Below, piece after piece: positions 31,787-45,995 of a DNA stretch of 64,000 nucleotides; the first letter of the stretch is position 1; each line of letters starts with the position of its first letter. Where the stretch lies: assembly GCA_964384235.1 (NCBI GenBank), contig CAYLJX010000003.1:72389-136388 (forward strand), given 5' to 3'. The position numbers and the translations under genes were made by a program. This DNA is from an uncultured Bdellovibrionales bacterium. Lineage in GTDB: Bacteria; Patescibacteriota; Minisyncoccia; Moranbacterales; UBA1568. The notes under the pieces were generated by a model, which worked only from the letters and a program-made list of their open reading frames with translations, was not told where the DNA came from and made no database searches.

Positions 31787-31815
31787 TTGACAACTTTTCA
31801 CGTTTGATGGATACT
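31787..31815 (+). promoter_or_regulatory. Putative promoter of the +-strand gene 31936..32538
   Basis: TTGACA, a 17-nt spacer, then GATACT; AGGGAAG Shine-Dalgarno before the ATG. Confidence 0.35.
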
Positions 31816-31935
31816 GGGGCGGTTGGTCATGTTACCCAATCCGACGCTTGGACACGATTCAAGGAAAGATTTCGTAGTATGATCACCCCTCTTTTTTTGT
31901 AGTTCCTTCAACAACGATCAGAGATAGGGAAGAAC

Positions 31936-32538
31936 ATGCGAGCACAACTCGATGCAGCACCTACAAACGAACAGCCGAAAAGGCATTTCATTTTCACCTG
32001 CTTCGATAATCGAATCGACGGCATCGTCCAACAAGAAGTCGAGAAAATCCGCTCCGCGGGAGGAATCATCGTCGAGAAATGCATCAACCGGCTGCCGGGG
32101 GGTGTTCATCTTCTGACGGAAAAAACCTGCCGAAACGCGTTTTACTATTCTCTTTCCACGCTTAGCGACGAGGGCATTGCCGGAATCGATGTATTCCATG
32201 TATGGCCACACACCGTCTGCAAGTTCTGCGGTATCCACCATAAGGAGAAGATCGGGACTGGAGTACAAAGCGATCTTCGTTTCCATCTCCGGAGCGCTGA
32301 AAAAATACACTCCGGAGCGCACGCACACTTCGCAACTCTTCCGATCGGTGAGCAGCCCGAGCTTGATGTCAGAATCATCCTCACCATCGATCAGAAGATC
32401 GTCACCATCGAAGAGGCCAACGAGCTTCTCCTAACCATCCCTCCTCACCACGGCCACGGTCATCCTTGCTGTCGGCCGGATGGAAAGGCCTCAATGTTCT
32501 GTTCCACTCCGAACGGCGGGGCAATCGGTCGTTTCTGA
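31936..32538 (+). CDS. Hypothetical protein with beta-carbonic-anhydrase-like motifs (possibly degenerate)
   Basis: HFIFTCFDNRID (CxDxR-like) and VWPHTVCKFCG (HxxC-like); a lone +-strand gene in a minus-strand block with lower GC. Confidence 0.4.
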   Translation: MRAQLDAAPTNEQPKRHFIFTCFDNRIDGIVQQEVEKIRSAGGIIVEKCINRLPGGVHLLTEKTCRNAFYYSLSTLSDEGIAGIDVFHVWPHTVCKFCGIHHKEKIGTGVQSDLRFHLRSAEKIHSGAHAHFATLPIGEQPELDVRIILTIDQKIVTIEEANELLLTIPPHHGHGHPCCRPDGKASMFCSTPNGGAIGRF

Positions 32539-32636
32539 TCGCGCACAGCAACCAGGCAACGTCCACAAGAAAAGGCGGCCCCTCCCGGGACCGCCTTCTT
32601 TTTTACTGTTTTCTCTTTGCTCTCTTTCCTTTCCCT

Positions 32637-33674
32637 TTACTCCCCTTCACCAGTGGAGATACTCATTTCTTTGGAAGCCTTCATGATTCCCTTCTCTATC
32701 TCCTTGGCCACCTTCGGGTTTTCCTTGAGAAAGGTCTTGGCGCTCTCGCGGCCGGCCCCGAGCTTCACGTCACCGTAGAGGAACGAGTTGCCGGATTTCT
32801 TGAGCACCTCGTACTTGACGCCCGTATCGAGGAGATCGCCCGCGAGCGAGATGCCTTCGTTGTACATGATGTCGAACTCTGCCGTCTTGAAAGGCGGGGC
32901 GACCTTGTTCTTGACCACCTTGGCTTTGACGCGGTTTCCCACCACTTCCTCACCCTTCTTGATCTGGGCGCTCCGGCGCACCTCGAGACGCACCGACGAG
33001 TAGAACTTGAGTGCCTGACCGCCAGTCGTCGTCTCGGGATTGCCGAACATGACACCGATCTTCATGCGGATCTGGTTGATGAAAATCACGACCACATTGG
33101 AACGGGCGATGATAGCGGTGAGCTTGCGCAGGGCCTGCGACATGAGGCGGGCCTGCCGACCGACATGGGTGTCGCCCATCTCGCCTTCGATCTCGGCCTT
33201 GGGGACAAGCGCCGCTACCGAGTCCACTACGATCACGTCCACCATGTTGGAACGTACGAGGGTCTCCACGATATCGAGCGCCTGCTCTCCCGAGTCCGGC
33301 TGCGAGATGAGGAGGTCGTTGATATTGACGCCGATGCGCTTGGCATATTCGGGATCGAGAGCGTGCTCCGCGTCGACGAAGGCCGCCACTCCGCCCGCCT
33401 TCTGGGCGTTTGCCACGATATGGAGGGTGAGCGTCGTCTTGCCGGAGGATTCCGGTCCGTAGATCTCGACGATGCGGCCGCGCGGCACCCCGCCGATACC
33501 GAAGGCGATGTCGAGCGAGACCGATCCGGTCGGAATCACCTCCACATCCACCTTGCGCACGTCGCCGAGCTTCATCATCATCCCCTCGCCGAACTTCTCC
33601 TGGATAGTAGAGAGGACACTGTCGATCTTCTTCTTGTCGTCCCCGTTCTTTTCGGACTTGGTTGCCTTCGCCAT
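32637..33674 (-). CDS. recA: Recombinase RecA
   Basis: [20 protein letters not shown]...[12 protein letters not shown]. Confidence 0.97.
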   Translation of the reverse strand: MAKATKSEKNGDDKKKIDSVLSTIQEKFGEGMMMKLGDVRKVDVEVIPTGSVSLDIAFGIGGVPRGRIVEIYGPESSGKTTLTLHIVANAQKAGGVAAFVDAEHALDPEYAKRIGVNINDLLISQPDSGEQALDIVETLVRSNMVDVIVVDSVAALVPKAEIEGEMGDTHVGRQARLMSQALRKLTAIIARSNVVVIFINQIRMKIGVMFGNPETTTGGQALKFYSSVRLEVRRSAQIKKGEEVVGNRVKAKVVKNKVAPPFKTAEFDIMYNEGISLAGDLLDTGVKYEVLKKSGNSFLYGDVKLGAGRESAKTFLKENPKVAKEIEKGIMKASKEMSISTGEGE

Positions 33675-33746
33675 AGTATTCCGTTCATTAAAACTTATAC
33701 TGGTGTTTACTTCACTTACATACTAACATACACAGAGAAATCCTGT

Positions 33747-34727
33747 CTAGGGTTGTCTCCCATCTTTAGTGAATATCACGTCCTGTATCGCTCCTTTCTT
33801 TTCGGAAAGTGCCTTTGTTTCGCCATCGTTGAACTGGACAAGTGTCCGGCTACCGTCCTCCGACCCTATCTTGATCGTCTCTCCTGCCTCGAATGTCTTC
33901 TTGTCCTTGATCGGAAGGCTGCCACTGAATACCGTCACACCGTCCGCTTCGACCGTGATGCGCGCCGGTTTCTCCCGGGCTTCCACCACGATACGGAATT
34001 TCTCCTTGACTTCGCTCGGGGTTCCCGTGTTCTCTTGCGGCTTTTCGGGAATATACTTGGTCTCCACGGAAAGCGTCTCTCGTTTCTTCTTGTCGAAACG
34101 GTTGATGGCGACGACCGTGATACTGTTCAGTCCCGGCTGAAGGATGAGTTTTTCCGAGAACTCCCCTTCGCTTCCCACGAACACCGGCTGATCGTTGATG
34201 GAAAGCCGCACTCCCTTGTCGGTTTTCCCTTTGACCGTCACATCGCTCGTCTCGATCTGCGCGCCGCTCTGCGGTTCGAGGATGACAAGGCGCGGCGCGG
34301 CGGCGAAACTCTGGAACTCACGATAGAGATAAATGAAGGCTGAAGAGACCGAGAGCACGATAAGCACCATCACGACGGAGCGCGGCGTGATGACGACCGA
34401 AGAGATATCGAACCGCTTGGGATCGTTCGATCGGGACTCCTCATGCCCGAGATTGGCCCGGATATTCCGCTCCCGTTCGTAGAGCCTGATGAAGGCGTTC
34501 TCCTCGAGATTGAAGTAGCGCGCGTAGCTCCGCAGGAATCCGCGGACATAGACATCCGCGGGCAGTTTGTCATACTGTCCGTTTTCGAGATACTCGAGGT
34601 ATTTCGCCTGGATCTTGGTCGCCTTGGCGACATCCGTCAGACTGAGACGCAGGTCGCTTCGGAGCTTGCGAAGTTTCTCTCCGAGCGTCAGCGACGCGAC
34701 TTTCTTTCGTGTAAAACCTGAATCCAT
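33747..34727 (-). CDS. rodZ: RodZ-like cytoskeleton protein (HTH_XRE + TM + DUF4115)
   Basis: LGEKLRKLRSDLRLSLTDVAKATKIQAKYLEYLE HTH, a single TM helix, then a beta-rich C-terminal domain. Confidence 0.7.
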   Translation of the reverse strand: MDSGFTRKKVASLTLGEKLRKLRSDLRLSLTDVAKATKIQAKYLEYLENGQYDKLPADVYVRGFLRSYARYFNLEENAFIRLYERERNIRANLGHEESRSNDPKRFDISSVVITPRSVVMVLIVLSVSSAFIYLYREFQSFAAAPRLVILEPQSGAQIETSDVTVKGKTDKGVRLSINDQPVFVGSEGEFSEKLILQPGLNSITVVAINRFDKKKRETLSVETKYIPEKPQENTGTPSEVKEKFRIVVEAREKPARITVEADGVTVFSGSLPIKDKKTFEAGETIKIGSEDGSRTLVQFNDGETKALSEKKGAIQDVIFTKDGRQP

Positions 34728-34736
34728 ACCCCCTTG

Positions 34737-37112
34737 TTACAGTTGCCATTTATCGCGGTCCTGCTGCTCGGTCACATGCGCGTCATCGTACTTTTCCGCA
34801 TCTTCCACATGCACGGGCGGTTTGCCGACGAGCACCTGCTTCTTGCCGTCTATCATCCCGACGATGCCGTTTTCTTCCATAAGGTGCATGAGACGCGCCG
34901 CCCGCGGATACCCGATACCGAGCGCCGTCTGAAGGGAAGTCGTCGACGCCTTTCCGCTCTGGACGATGATTTCCTTGGCCCGCTCATACATGTCGTCCTG
35001 CTCTGCCCCGTTGTCCACCGCATCAAGCGCCGCGGTGATATCGTCTTTTTCCTCGTCGCCGCCGAAGTCTTCTCCGATCTCGTCCTCACCGAGCTCTTCC
35101 TTCTGCGTGCGCCAGAACGCCGTCACGCGCTTCACTTCGTCATCGGAAGCAAAGACACCCTGGAGACGCTTCATCTCGGTGCCTTCAGCCGGAGCATAAA
35201 GCATATCGCCGTTTCCGAGGAGTTTCTCCGCTCCGCCGCTGTCGAGAATCGTACGCGAATCGATCTGGGTCGTCACCTGGAAAGCGACACGGGTCGGAAT
35301 GTTGGCCTTGATGAGGCCGGTGAGTACCTCGACGCTCGGCCGCTGCGTCGCGAGAACGAGGTGGATACCGATAGCGCGCGACATCTGCGCGAGGCGGATG
35401 ACGAGGGACTCCACTTCCTTGCCATGAGCTACCATGAGATCGGCCATCTCGTCGATGACGATGACGATGTACGGGAGGTTCTCGAGACGCTCTTCACGGA
35501 CGCGACCGGTCTCTTCATCGACGATGGTCTTACGCTCACCTTGGGCCAACCGCTCCCGGTAGGAGAGGAGGTCACGGGCATGCACCGATTCGAGTACCTT
35601 GTAGCGGCGTTCCATCTCCCCGACCGCCCAACGCAGGGTATTGACCACCTTTTTGTTTTCCACGATGACATCGGTCTTGAGATGCGGGATGCCTTTGTAC
35701 ACGGAGAGTTCGACGCGCTTCGGATCGACGAGGATGAGCTTGAGGTCTTCCGGAGAGTTCTGATAGAGGAGCGAGAGGAGGAGCGTGTTGATACAGACGC
35801 TCTTGCCGGAACCGGTACGTCCCGCGATAAGGAGGTGCGGCATCTTGCGCAGGTCGGCGAGGACGTGCTTGCCCGCGACATCCTGACCAAGGACGAGCGT
35901 AAGATCGGATTTGCGTTCCTTGAATTCCTTGCTCTCGAGGATGGCCTTAAGGCGCACCGTCGCGACGGACTTGTTGGGCACCTCGATACCGACGAGCGAC
36001 TGTCCCGGGATGGGAGCCTCGATACGGATCGACTGCGCCGCGAGCGCGAGCGCGAGGTCGTTACTGAGCGCGGTGATGCGTGAAAGCTTGACGCCGAAGG
36101 CCGGACGGAACGTGTACTGCGTCACGGTCGGACCGACCCGCACCTCACCCGGCTCCACCTGGATGCCGAAATACTTGAGCGTGTTCTGGATGACGTGCTT
36201 GTTACGCTCGGTGTCGCCTCCCACTCCCTGACCGGTTGTCGATTCCAGGAGATCCACCGAGGGAAGTTCCCAACGATAGGTCCTGCGGGGACGGCGCTTG
36301 CGCGGCTGCATGTAGACCGGCACATCCACCGTCTCGTCATCGGATGCCTCCTCCGCCTCTTCCGGCTTCGCATCCTCCCGGAACTCGATACTCCTGATAT
36401 TGTTCGCTTCCAGATCGTTCACCTTGCTCTCCTCGAGACTGGCTTGTTCCGTCGTGGCCGCTTCCGGAGTGAGCGCCGTAGCACGCACACCCTCCTCGAC
36501 GGAAGTAAGTGTCGGGGTTTCTTCTCCTTCTGTTTTTTCCTCCCCTACGGAACGCCGCTTGAGTTTCTCCTGCAGGCGCTCGAAAAAGTGCATGAGCGAG
36601 ACATTGAAGGCGGCGATCATGCCGATCGCAAAAAGCGCCAAAAGGATAAGCGTCGCCGCCACTCGCCCGGTGAAACCAAACAGTATCGAAGCGAACCCGA
36701 AACCGATGTATCCCCCGCCCTCACCGGCTCGCGCCACCTTGAGGAGCTCCTTGGTCGTGTCGCCCGTGTAGAGATGCAGGAGCCCGAGCACCGAAAAGAA
36801 CGCAAGGAGGAGACCGACGAACTTCACCGCATCAGCGAGCGTCGTCGTGCGGCGCTTGAGAAACATCACACCGGACACCAGAAGAAGGAGCGGGAAGAGC
36901 CACTTGCCATACCCTAAGAGCGCTCCGGAACCGGCGTCCAACCACTCGCCCAATGTTCCCGCCGTTTCAAAGAACGCCAGAAGAAACAGGAGCGCGAACA
37001 CGAACAAAAAAACCGCCGCGATGCTCCGTTTCGCGTCGCTGTGGAGAATATCCTCAAACTGGAAGCCGGATTCCTCCTCCGGCTCCTCGACTTTGCTTTT
37101 CTTCCGTCCCAT
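34737..37112 (-). CDS. ftsK: DNA translocase FtsK/SpoIIIE
   Basis: N-terminal TMs, linker, then HLLIAGRTGSGKSVCINTLLLSL..DEMADLM motor and a C-terminal gamma domain. Confidence 0.95.
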   Translation of the reverse strand: MGRKKSKVEEPEEESGFQFEDILHSDAKRSIAAVFLFVFALLFLLAFFETAGTLGEWLDAGSGALLGYGKWLFPLLLLVSGVMFLKRRTTTLADAVKFVGLLLAFFSVLGLLHLYTGDTTKELLKVARAGEGGGYIGFGFASILFGFTGRVAATLILLALFAIGMIAAFNVSLMHFFERLQEKLKRRSVGEEKTEGEETPTLTSVEEGVRATALTPEAATTEQASLEESKVNDLEANNIRSIEFREDAKPEEAEEASDDETVDVPVYMQPRKRRPRRTYRWELPSVDLLESTTGQGVGGDTERNKHVIQNTLKYFGIQVEPGEVRVGPTVTQYTFRPAFGVKLSRITALSNDLALALAAQSIRIEAPIPGQSLVGIEVPNKSVATVRLKAILESKEFKERKSDLTLVLGQDVAGKHVLADLRKMPHLLIAGRTGSGKSVCINTLLLSLLYQNSPEDLKLILVDPKRVELSVYKGIPHLKTDVIVENKKVVNTLRWAVGEMERRYKVLESVHARDLLSYRERLAQGERKTIVDEETGRVREERLENLPYIVIVIDEMADLMVAHGKEVESLVIRLAQMSRAIGIHLVLATQRPSVEVLTGLIKANIPTRVAFQVTTQIDSRTILDSGGAEKLLGNGDMLYAPAEGTEMKRLQGVFASDDEVKRVTAFWRTQKEELGEDEIGEDFGGDEEKDDITAALDAVDNGAEQDDMYERAKEIIVQSGKASTTSLQTALGIGYPRAARLMHLMEENGIVGMIDGKKQVLVGKPPVHVEDAEKYDDAHVTEQQDRDKWQL

Positions 37113-37149
37113 ATGAAACCATTATATCACACGAAAGAATGCCTTTTCA

Positions 37150-37186
37150 AAACAAAAACACCCTCGATGAGAGGGTGTTTTTGAAA
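37150..37186 (-). terminator. rpoC terminator
   Basis: aaaaacaccctc-gatga-gagggtgttttt. Confidence 0.7.
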
Positions 37187-37197
37187 GAGAAGTCTCT

Positions 37198-40100
37198 CTA
37201 TGCCTTTTCGCTCTCAAGGCCGCGGTAGCCGGTACCGGCGGGGATGAGACGTCCGATGATGACGTTCTCCTTGAGACCGCGCAAGCGGTCTTCCTTGCCG
37301 GAGACGGCGGCGTTGATGAGGACGCGGGCGGTCTCCATGAAGGACGCGGCGGAGAGGAACGATTCGGTCGAGAGGGCCACCTTGGTGATCCCGAGAACCA
37401 TCGACTCGCCGGTCGCTTCCGTGCCCTTCTTGGCGCGGGCCTCTTCGTTGGCTTCCTCGAACTGGTCGCGCTCGACGACGTCGCCGGGGAGGAGCATGGT
37501 GTTGCCCGGATCGAGGACGCGGATGCGGGAGAGCATCTGGCGGATGATGACTTCGATGTGCTTGTCGTTGATGCCTTCACCCTGGCTCGCGTAGATCTCC
37601 TCGATCTCGCGGATGATGTAGCGGTGCACCGCTTCCTGGCCCATCACCTCGTAGAGTTTCTTCAGGTCGATGTGACCTTCGGAAAGGATGGAACCGACAC
37701 CGACGAGATCACCTTCCTTGACTTTGAGCGCGACGTTCTGCGGCACCTGGTACTCGTGCTCGGTCTTCTTGTTGTCGACCACCTTGATCTTGACGACCTT
37801 GGCGGAATCCTTGGCGATGGAGGTCACCTGTCCGTCCACCTCGGAGAGGATGGCTTCGGTCTTCGGATTACGGGCCTCGAAAATCTCTTCGACACGAGGC
37901 AAACCCTGAGTGATATCGGAACCGGCCACACCACCGATATGGAACGTACGCATGGTGAGCTGTGTACCCGGTTCACCGATGGCCTGCGCGGCGACGACAC
38001 CGACGGAGGCGCCGAGCTCGACCAAGGCATTGCGACCGAGGTCGACACCGTAACAGATGCGGCAGACACCGCGGCGGGACTTGCAGGTGACGAGGGTGCG
38101 GATCTTGACTCTGGTGACGCTCTTGTCGTTCTCAATGGCCTTGGCTTCTTCCTTGGTGATGAGCGTGCCCTTCTTGACGAGGGTTTCCTTGGCTTCGTTC
38201 TTGACGGCTTCGACGGTGACACGACCCTCGACACGGGCGGCAAAGCTTGCGCCGATGGCGTCGGAATCCTCACGGTAGAGGTAGGCACCTTCGGTATCGG
38301 CACAGTCCTCGTCGCGGACGATGATGTCCTGGGCCACGTCGACAAGACGGCGGGTGAGATAACCGGCGGTCGCGGTACGGAGCGCGGTATCCGCCATACC
38401 CTTGCGGGCGCCGTGGGTCGAGATGAAGTACTCGAGAACGTTGAAGCCTTCCTTGAAGGAGCTCTTGACCGGGAGCTCGATGGTCTCTCCGGTCGGTCCG
38501 GCCATGAGACCCTTCATACCGGTCATCTGCACGACGACGGATTCGGAACCACGGGCCTTGGAATAGACCATGGAGTAGACCGGGCCTTCCTTGTCGAGCG
38601 TCTCACGCACCGCATCGGTGATCTTGTTCTTGGTGTCGTTCCAGATCTCGATGACGCGGTTCTTGCGCTCGTCGTTGGTGAGGAGACCCATGTTGTACTG
38701 ATTCTTCACCTCGGCGACATGACCTTCGGCTTCGACGATGAGTTCCTGCTTGACCGACGGCACGACGAGGTCGTCCATGCCCCAGCTGAGACCGGACTTG
38801 GAAACGGAACGGAAGGCGAGGTCCTTGAGCCGGTCGGCGAAGCGGGCGGCTTCGTCCTGACCACGGGTCGTGAGGATGCGACTCATGAGGACGCGGAGGT
38901 TCTTCTTGACCATCTCCTCGTTCACGAAGCGCAGGTCTTCCGGAAGGATGTCATTGAGGAGGATACGACCGACGGACGTCTCGATGAGCGTACCCTGGTA
39001 GGAGAGCTTGATCGCGACGTTGACATCGACGAGTCCGTTCTGGTAGGCGAGGATGGCTTCGTCCATGGTACCGAACGCCTTCCCCTGTCCCTTGCCTTCC
39101 GGTTTGATGTGGGTGAGATAGTAGGCACCGAGCACCATGTCGAGACGCGCCGACACGATCGGTTCGCCCGAGGCAGGCTTCAAGAGGTTCTTGGACGAGA
39201 GCATGATGTTGGCGCTCTCTTCGCGGGCCTGATCGGTGAGCGGCACGTGGACGGCCATCTGGTCACCGTCGAAGTCGGCGTTGAAGGCCTCACACACCAT
39301 CGGGTGGAGACGGATGGCCTTGCCTTCGATGAGGACCGGCTGGAACGCCTGTATGGAGAGACGGTGGAGGGTCGGGGCGCGGTTGAGGAGCACGTAGTGG
39401 TGCTCGATGATCTCGTCGAGGATCTCATAAGCCTCTTCGGTCTCGGCATCGACCATGCGGCCGGCGGTGCGGACGTTGTGGGCGTGCTCCTTCTCGATGA
39501 GCTTGTTGATGATGAAGGGCTTGAAGAGTTCGAGGGCCATCTTCTTCGGGAGACCACACTGATGCAGCTTGAGCTTGGGACCCACGACGATCACGGAACG
39601 ACCGGAGTAGTCCACGCGCTTGCCGAGGAGGTTCTGGCGGAAACGACCCTGCTTGCCCTTGAGGGCGTCGGCGAGGGAACGGAGCGCCCGGCGCTGACCG
39701 GTCGACGCGGCGGTCGAGGCCTGGCCGCGACGGGCCGAGTTGTCGAAGAGGGCGTCCACTGCTTCCTGGAGCATGCGCTTCTCGTTTCTCGTGATGACTT
39801 CCGGCGCACCGATAGCCATCAGTTTCTTGAGACGGTTGTTGCGGTTGATGATGCGGCGGTAGAGGTCGTTCAAGTCAGAGGTCGCGAAACGTCCACCGTC
39901 GAGAGCCACCATCGGACGAAGGTCCGGCGGAATGACCGGTACGGCAGTCGGGAGCATCCACTCGAGACGAAGACTGGCCTTCTCGAAGCCTTGGTAGACC
40001 TTGAGACGCTGGAGGAGCTTCTTCTGGTCGAGCGATTCGCTCTCGGTGAGCTCCTCGCGGAGCTTCTCGAGCTGCGCCTTGATATCGATCTTCTCGAGGA

Positions 40101-40788
40101 TCTTGCGGATGGCCTCGGCACCGATGCCGGCGGTAAAGATCTGCCCGAAGCGCGAGGAGAGGTTGAAGTACTCCACTTCCGAGAGGATCTGGTAGGGACG
40201 GAGGTTCTTGATCTCTTCCTTGGTGCCACGATACTGGTCCTTGAGCTCCTCGAGGAGTTTCTCGGTGACTTTCTCGTTCTTCTCACCGGCCTTCACTTCC
40301 TTCTGCTTGCCCTTGTATTCCTTTTCGAGGGATTCGAGAGACTGGACCTTCAGCTCCTCGTTGACATCCATGATGATGTACGAGGAGAAGTAGATGACGC
40401 GCTCGAGCTCCTGCGGCGAGATGCCGAGGACGAGACCGATCTTGCTCGGCACGCCGCGGAGGAACCAGATGTGCGATACCGGTGTGGCGAGCTTGATATG
40501 GCCCATGCGCTCGCGACGGACGATGGCACGGGTCACTTCGACGCCGCACTTGTCGCAGACGATGCCCTGATAGCGGATGCGCTTGTACTTGCCGCAGTAG
40601 CACTCCCAGTCCTTGGAAGGACCGAAGATCTTCTCACAGAAGAGACCGTCCGGCTCGTAGCGCTGGGTGCGGTAGTTGATGGTTTCCGGCTTGGTGACTT
40701 CGCCGTGGGACCACTCCATGATCTGGTCGGGGCTCGCGAGGGTGAGTTTCACGCTGTCGAAGTCGCTCACTTTCGTAATGTTTTCCAT
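37198..40788 (-). CDS. rpoC: DNA-directed RNA polymerase subunit beta' (compact, 1196 aa)
   Basis: CxxC..CxxC zinc finger, NADFDGD catalytic loop. Confidence 0.97.
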   Translation of the reverse strand: MENITKVSDFDSVKLTLASPDQIMEWSHGEVTKPETINYRTQRYEPDGLFCEKIFGPSKDWECYCGKYKRIRYQGIVCDKCGVEVTRAIVRRERMGHIKLATPVSHIWFLRGVPSKIGLVLGISPQELERVIYFSSYIIMDVNEELKVQSLESLEKEYKGKQKEVKAGEKNEKVTEKLLEELKDQYRGTKEEIKNLRPYQILSEVEYFNLSSRFGQIFTAGIGAEAIRKILEKIDIKAQLEKLREELTESESLDQKKLLQRLKVYQGFEKASLRLEWMLPTAVPVIPPDLRPMVALDGGRFATSDLNDLYRRIINRNNRLKKLMAIGAPEVITRNEKRMLQEAVDALFDNSARRGQASTAASTGQRRALRSLADALKGKQGRFRQNLLGKRVDYSGRSVIVVGPKLKLHQCGLPKKMALELFKPFIINKLIEKEHAHNVRTAGRMVDAETEEAYEILDEIIEHHYVLLNRAPTLHRLSIQAFQPVLIEGKAIRLHPMVCEAFNADFDGDQMAVHVPLTDQAREESANIMLSSKNLLKPASGEPIVSARLDMVLGAYYLTHIKPEGKGQGKAFGTMDEAILAYQNGLVDVNVAIKLSYQGTLIETSVGRILLNDILPEDLRFVNEEMVKKNLRVLMSRILTTRGQDEAARFADRLKDLAFRSVSKSGLSWGMDDLVVPSVKQELIVEAEGHVAEVKNQYNMGLLTNDERKNRVIEIWNDTKNKITDAVRETLDKEGPVYSMVYSKARGSESVVVQMTGMKGLMAGPTGETIELPVKSSFKEGFNVLEYFISTHGARKGMADTALRTATAGYLTRRLVDVAQDIIVRDEDCADTEGAYLYREDSDAIGASFAARVEGRVTVEAVKNEAKETLVKKGTLITKEEAKAIENDKSVTRVKIRTLVTCKSRRGVCRICYGVDLGRNALVELGASVGVVAAQAIGEPGTQLTMRTFHIGGVAGSDITQGLPRVEEIFEARNPKTEAILSEVDGQVTSIAKDSAKVVKIKVVDNKKTEHEYQVPQNVALKVKEGDLVGVGSILSEGHIDLKKLYEVMGQEAVHRYIIREIEEIYASQGEGINDKHIEVIIRQMLSRIRVLDPGNTMLLPGDVVERDQFEEANEEARAKKGTEATGESMVLGITKVALSTESFLSAASFMETARVLINAAVSGKEDRLRGLKENVIIGRLIPAGTGYRGLESEKA

Positions 40789-40883
40789 ATGATTTGACTA
40801 ACAACTTACAACTGACGACTTACAACAGATGCATCTGTTCAGTTTTCTTGGTTGTCGGTTGTTCGTTGTTCGTTGTTAGTTGA

Positions 40884-44288
<3,405 letters not shown>

Positions 44289-44717
44289 AAAAAGACACTC
44301 ATATGCGCACTCCTTGCTTCAGGCGAAGACGAAACAAGTAGGGCCGATGAGATGAGCGGATTAATCTATTTGATTGTGGAGGAAGCGTGTCTCTTCTCCA
44401 TTCCCAATGAAAAATTTTGGAAACTAAGGGAATTTTTCTTGACCTTCCCGCTTCACCCGTATTTGAAGGCGAGAAAGTCGGTTTTTTTCATTCTTCGATA
44501 AGACTTTAGGATCACTCCGAGTCCTGTCGAAGAGTCAAAAGAAGCAAAATCGATTGTACCAGCGCAAAAAATTTCTGTCAAATGAAAACCAAAAAATGGC
44601 TCTAAAAAGCCGCTACGTCAAAAATGTCTGTTCGTTTGAAAGCGAAGCACATGCAAGGAAATACTTTTTCTTCTTTTCCTTAAAGAAGCGTCGCGAAAGT
44701 TGGAAACTCGGGAAGAA

Positions 44718-44993
44718 CTATTTGAGAGACACACCGAAAGTATACACCTTCTGGACCGTTTCGGCAATACGCCTGGAAGTGGAGAACTCCGGCAAGTCGG
44801 ACATCACTTGGAAATCAGTGATATCTTCCGCTTTCAATCCCTGCTCCCGCAGCACCTCATCGATCGCCTCGAACAGTTTCTTCCCCATATCGCGCGACTC
44901 GGGCCACTCCTTGCTCGCTACTTCCTTGCTCTCATGAAAAAGTGAGAGTTTTGATTTTTCTTTTCCAACGGTGAGTTCAAATACGTACGTCAT
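44718..44993 (-). CDS. Small protein resembling the N-terminal half of TsaB/YeaZ (truncated or degenerate)
   Basis: ..KEWPESRDMGKKLFEAIDEVLREQGLKAEDITDF.. parallels the TsaB N-terminal block, but the GPGSFTG loop is absent. Confidence 0.35.
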   Translation of the reverse strand: MTYVFELTVGKEKSKLSLFHESKEVASKEWPESRDMGKKLFEAIDEVLREQGLKAEDITDFQVMSDLPEFSTSRRIAETVQKVYTFGVSLK

Positions 44994-44999
44994 AGAAAA

Positions 45000-45770
45000 T
45001 CATTTCAAACGTTTCCAATCGAAATTCCACGGGTCGGTCTTGCGGCCGGGAGCGATGTCGGTGTGACCGACGACATGCTTGATCGGATACTGTTTCTTGA
45101 GGGAAGCAATGAGCGCGTTCACGGCCGTGTACTCTGCATCGGTATACTTCCCCTCCATCGTGTTCATGAGCTCGATACCGATGGAGAAATCATTGACATT
45201 GGTGCGGCCGTCCGGCATCTTGCTCGTCCCGGCATGATAGGCGACGTTTTGGTCCGCGACCAGACGGTAGACTCCCCCCTCGCGATCGATGAGGTAGTGG
45301 GCGCTCACGCCGTATTCCTTGTACTCGTCGATGAGTTTCGATACGGAGTACGGGTCGCCGCCAAGGGCGTTGTACGACGAGTGCAGCACCACCGTGTCGA
45401 TGCTCCGTGCTTTCTTGGGTACCGAGTATCCGAAGCCCACCAGGCGATCTACAATCGTGAAACTACTGTCTTTCGTCTCCGTCTTCGCGGGTTCGGGAGC
45501 AGGAGTCGGAGCTATTGAAGGAGTCGGCTCTGACACTTTCTCCTTTACCGACACGTCCAGCTTCTTGGGTACTTCCCTATTTTCAGAGGAAGCCTTTTCT
45601 TCCTCTTGAGGACTCACCGCCTCCTGCGGCACTTCTTCCTGCTTCGGTTCTGCGATCACCGGATTGGCATACGTCTGCGTCTTCGCCTTATCCTTCTGGA
45701 CAAAGAAAAAAACTCCTCCTCCCCCGAGAAGCACCACGACCAATACACCAAAAAATATCCCCTTGTTCAT
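45000..45770 (-). CDS. N-acetylmuramoyl-L-alanine amidase (Amidase_2/PGRP fold) with an N-terminal TM anchor
   Basis: ..VVLHSSYNALGG..AHYLIDREGGVYRLV..AYHAG...VGHTDIAPGRKTDP. Confidence 0.85.
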   Translation of the reverse strand: MNKGIFFGVLVVVLLGGGGVFFFVQKDKAKTQTYANPVIAEPKQEEVPQEAVSPQEEEKASSENREVPKKLDVSVKEKVSEPTPSIAPTPAPEPAKTETKDSSFTIVDRLVGFGYSVPKKARSIDTVVLHSSYNALGGDPYSVSKLIDEYKEYGVSAHYLIDREGGVYRLVADQNVAYHAGTSKMPDGRTNVNDFSIGIELMNTMEGKYTDAEYTAVNALIASLKKQYPIKHVVGHTDIAPGRKTDPWNFDWKRLK

Positions 45771-45886
45771 GATTTGTATTATACCACCCTCCTTTCTTTG
45801 TCATCCCCGCGGAGGCGGGGATCCAGGCATCACCAATGTTCAATATCCTTTTTACTAAGGTTAGTGGAACCTACCTGCCGGTAGAC

Positions 45887-45942
45887 AGGAAAACGAAAGC
45901 AAATTTTCATTTCACTCGCTACGCGTTGGGTAATAAAAAAAA
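45887..45942. repeat. Intergenic repeat family A, copy 2
   Basis: ggaaaacgaaagcaaattttcatttcactcgctacgcgttgggtaataaaaaaaaa. Confidence 0.6.
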
Positions 45943-45995
45943 ACGGCCCCCGACTTGTCATACTGACCAAGCCAGAGGCCTTCATGGACGTTGCC

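Noticed and set aside
40789-40883. GTTGTTC x3 tandem repeat and CAGATGCATCTG palindrome in the rpoB-rpoC spacer
   Set aside because: It is short, low-complexity and not repeated elsewhere in the window. It is likely just spacer with an SD for rpoC, and not a CRISPR or regulatory array.
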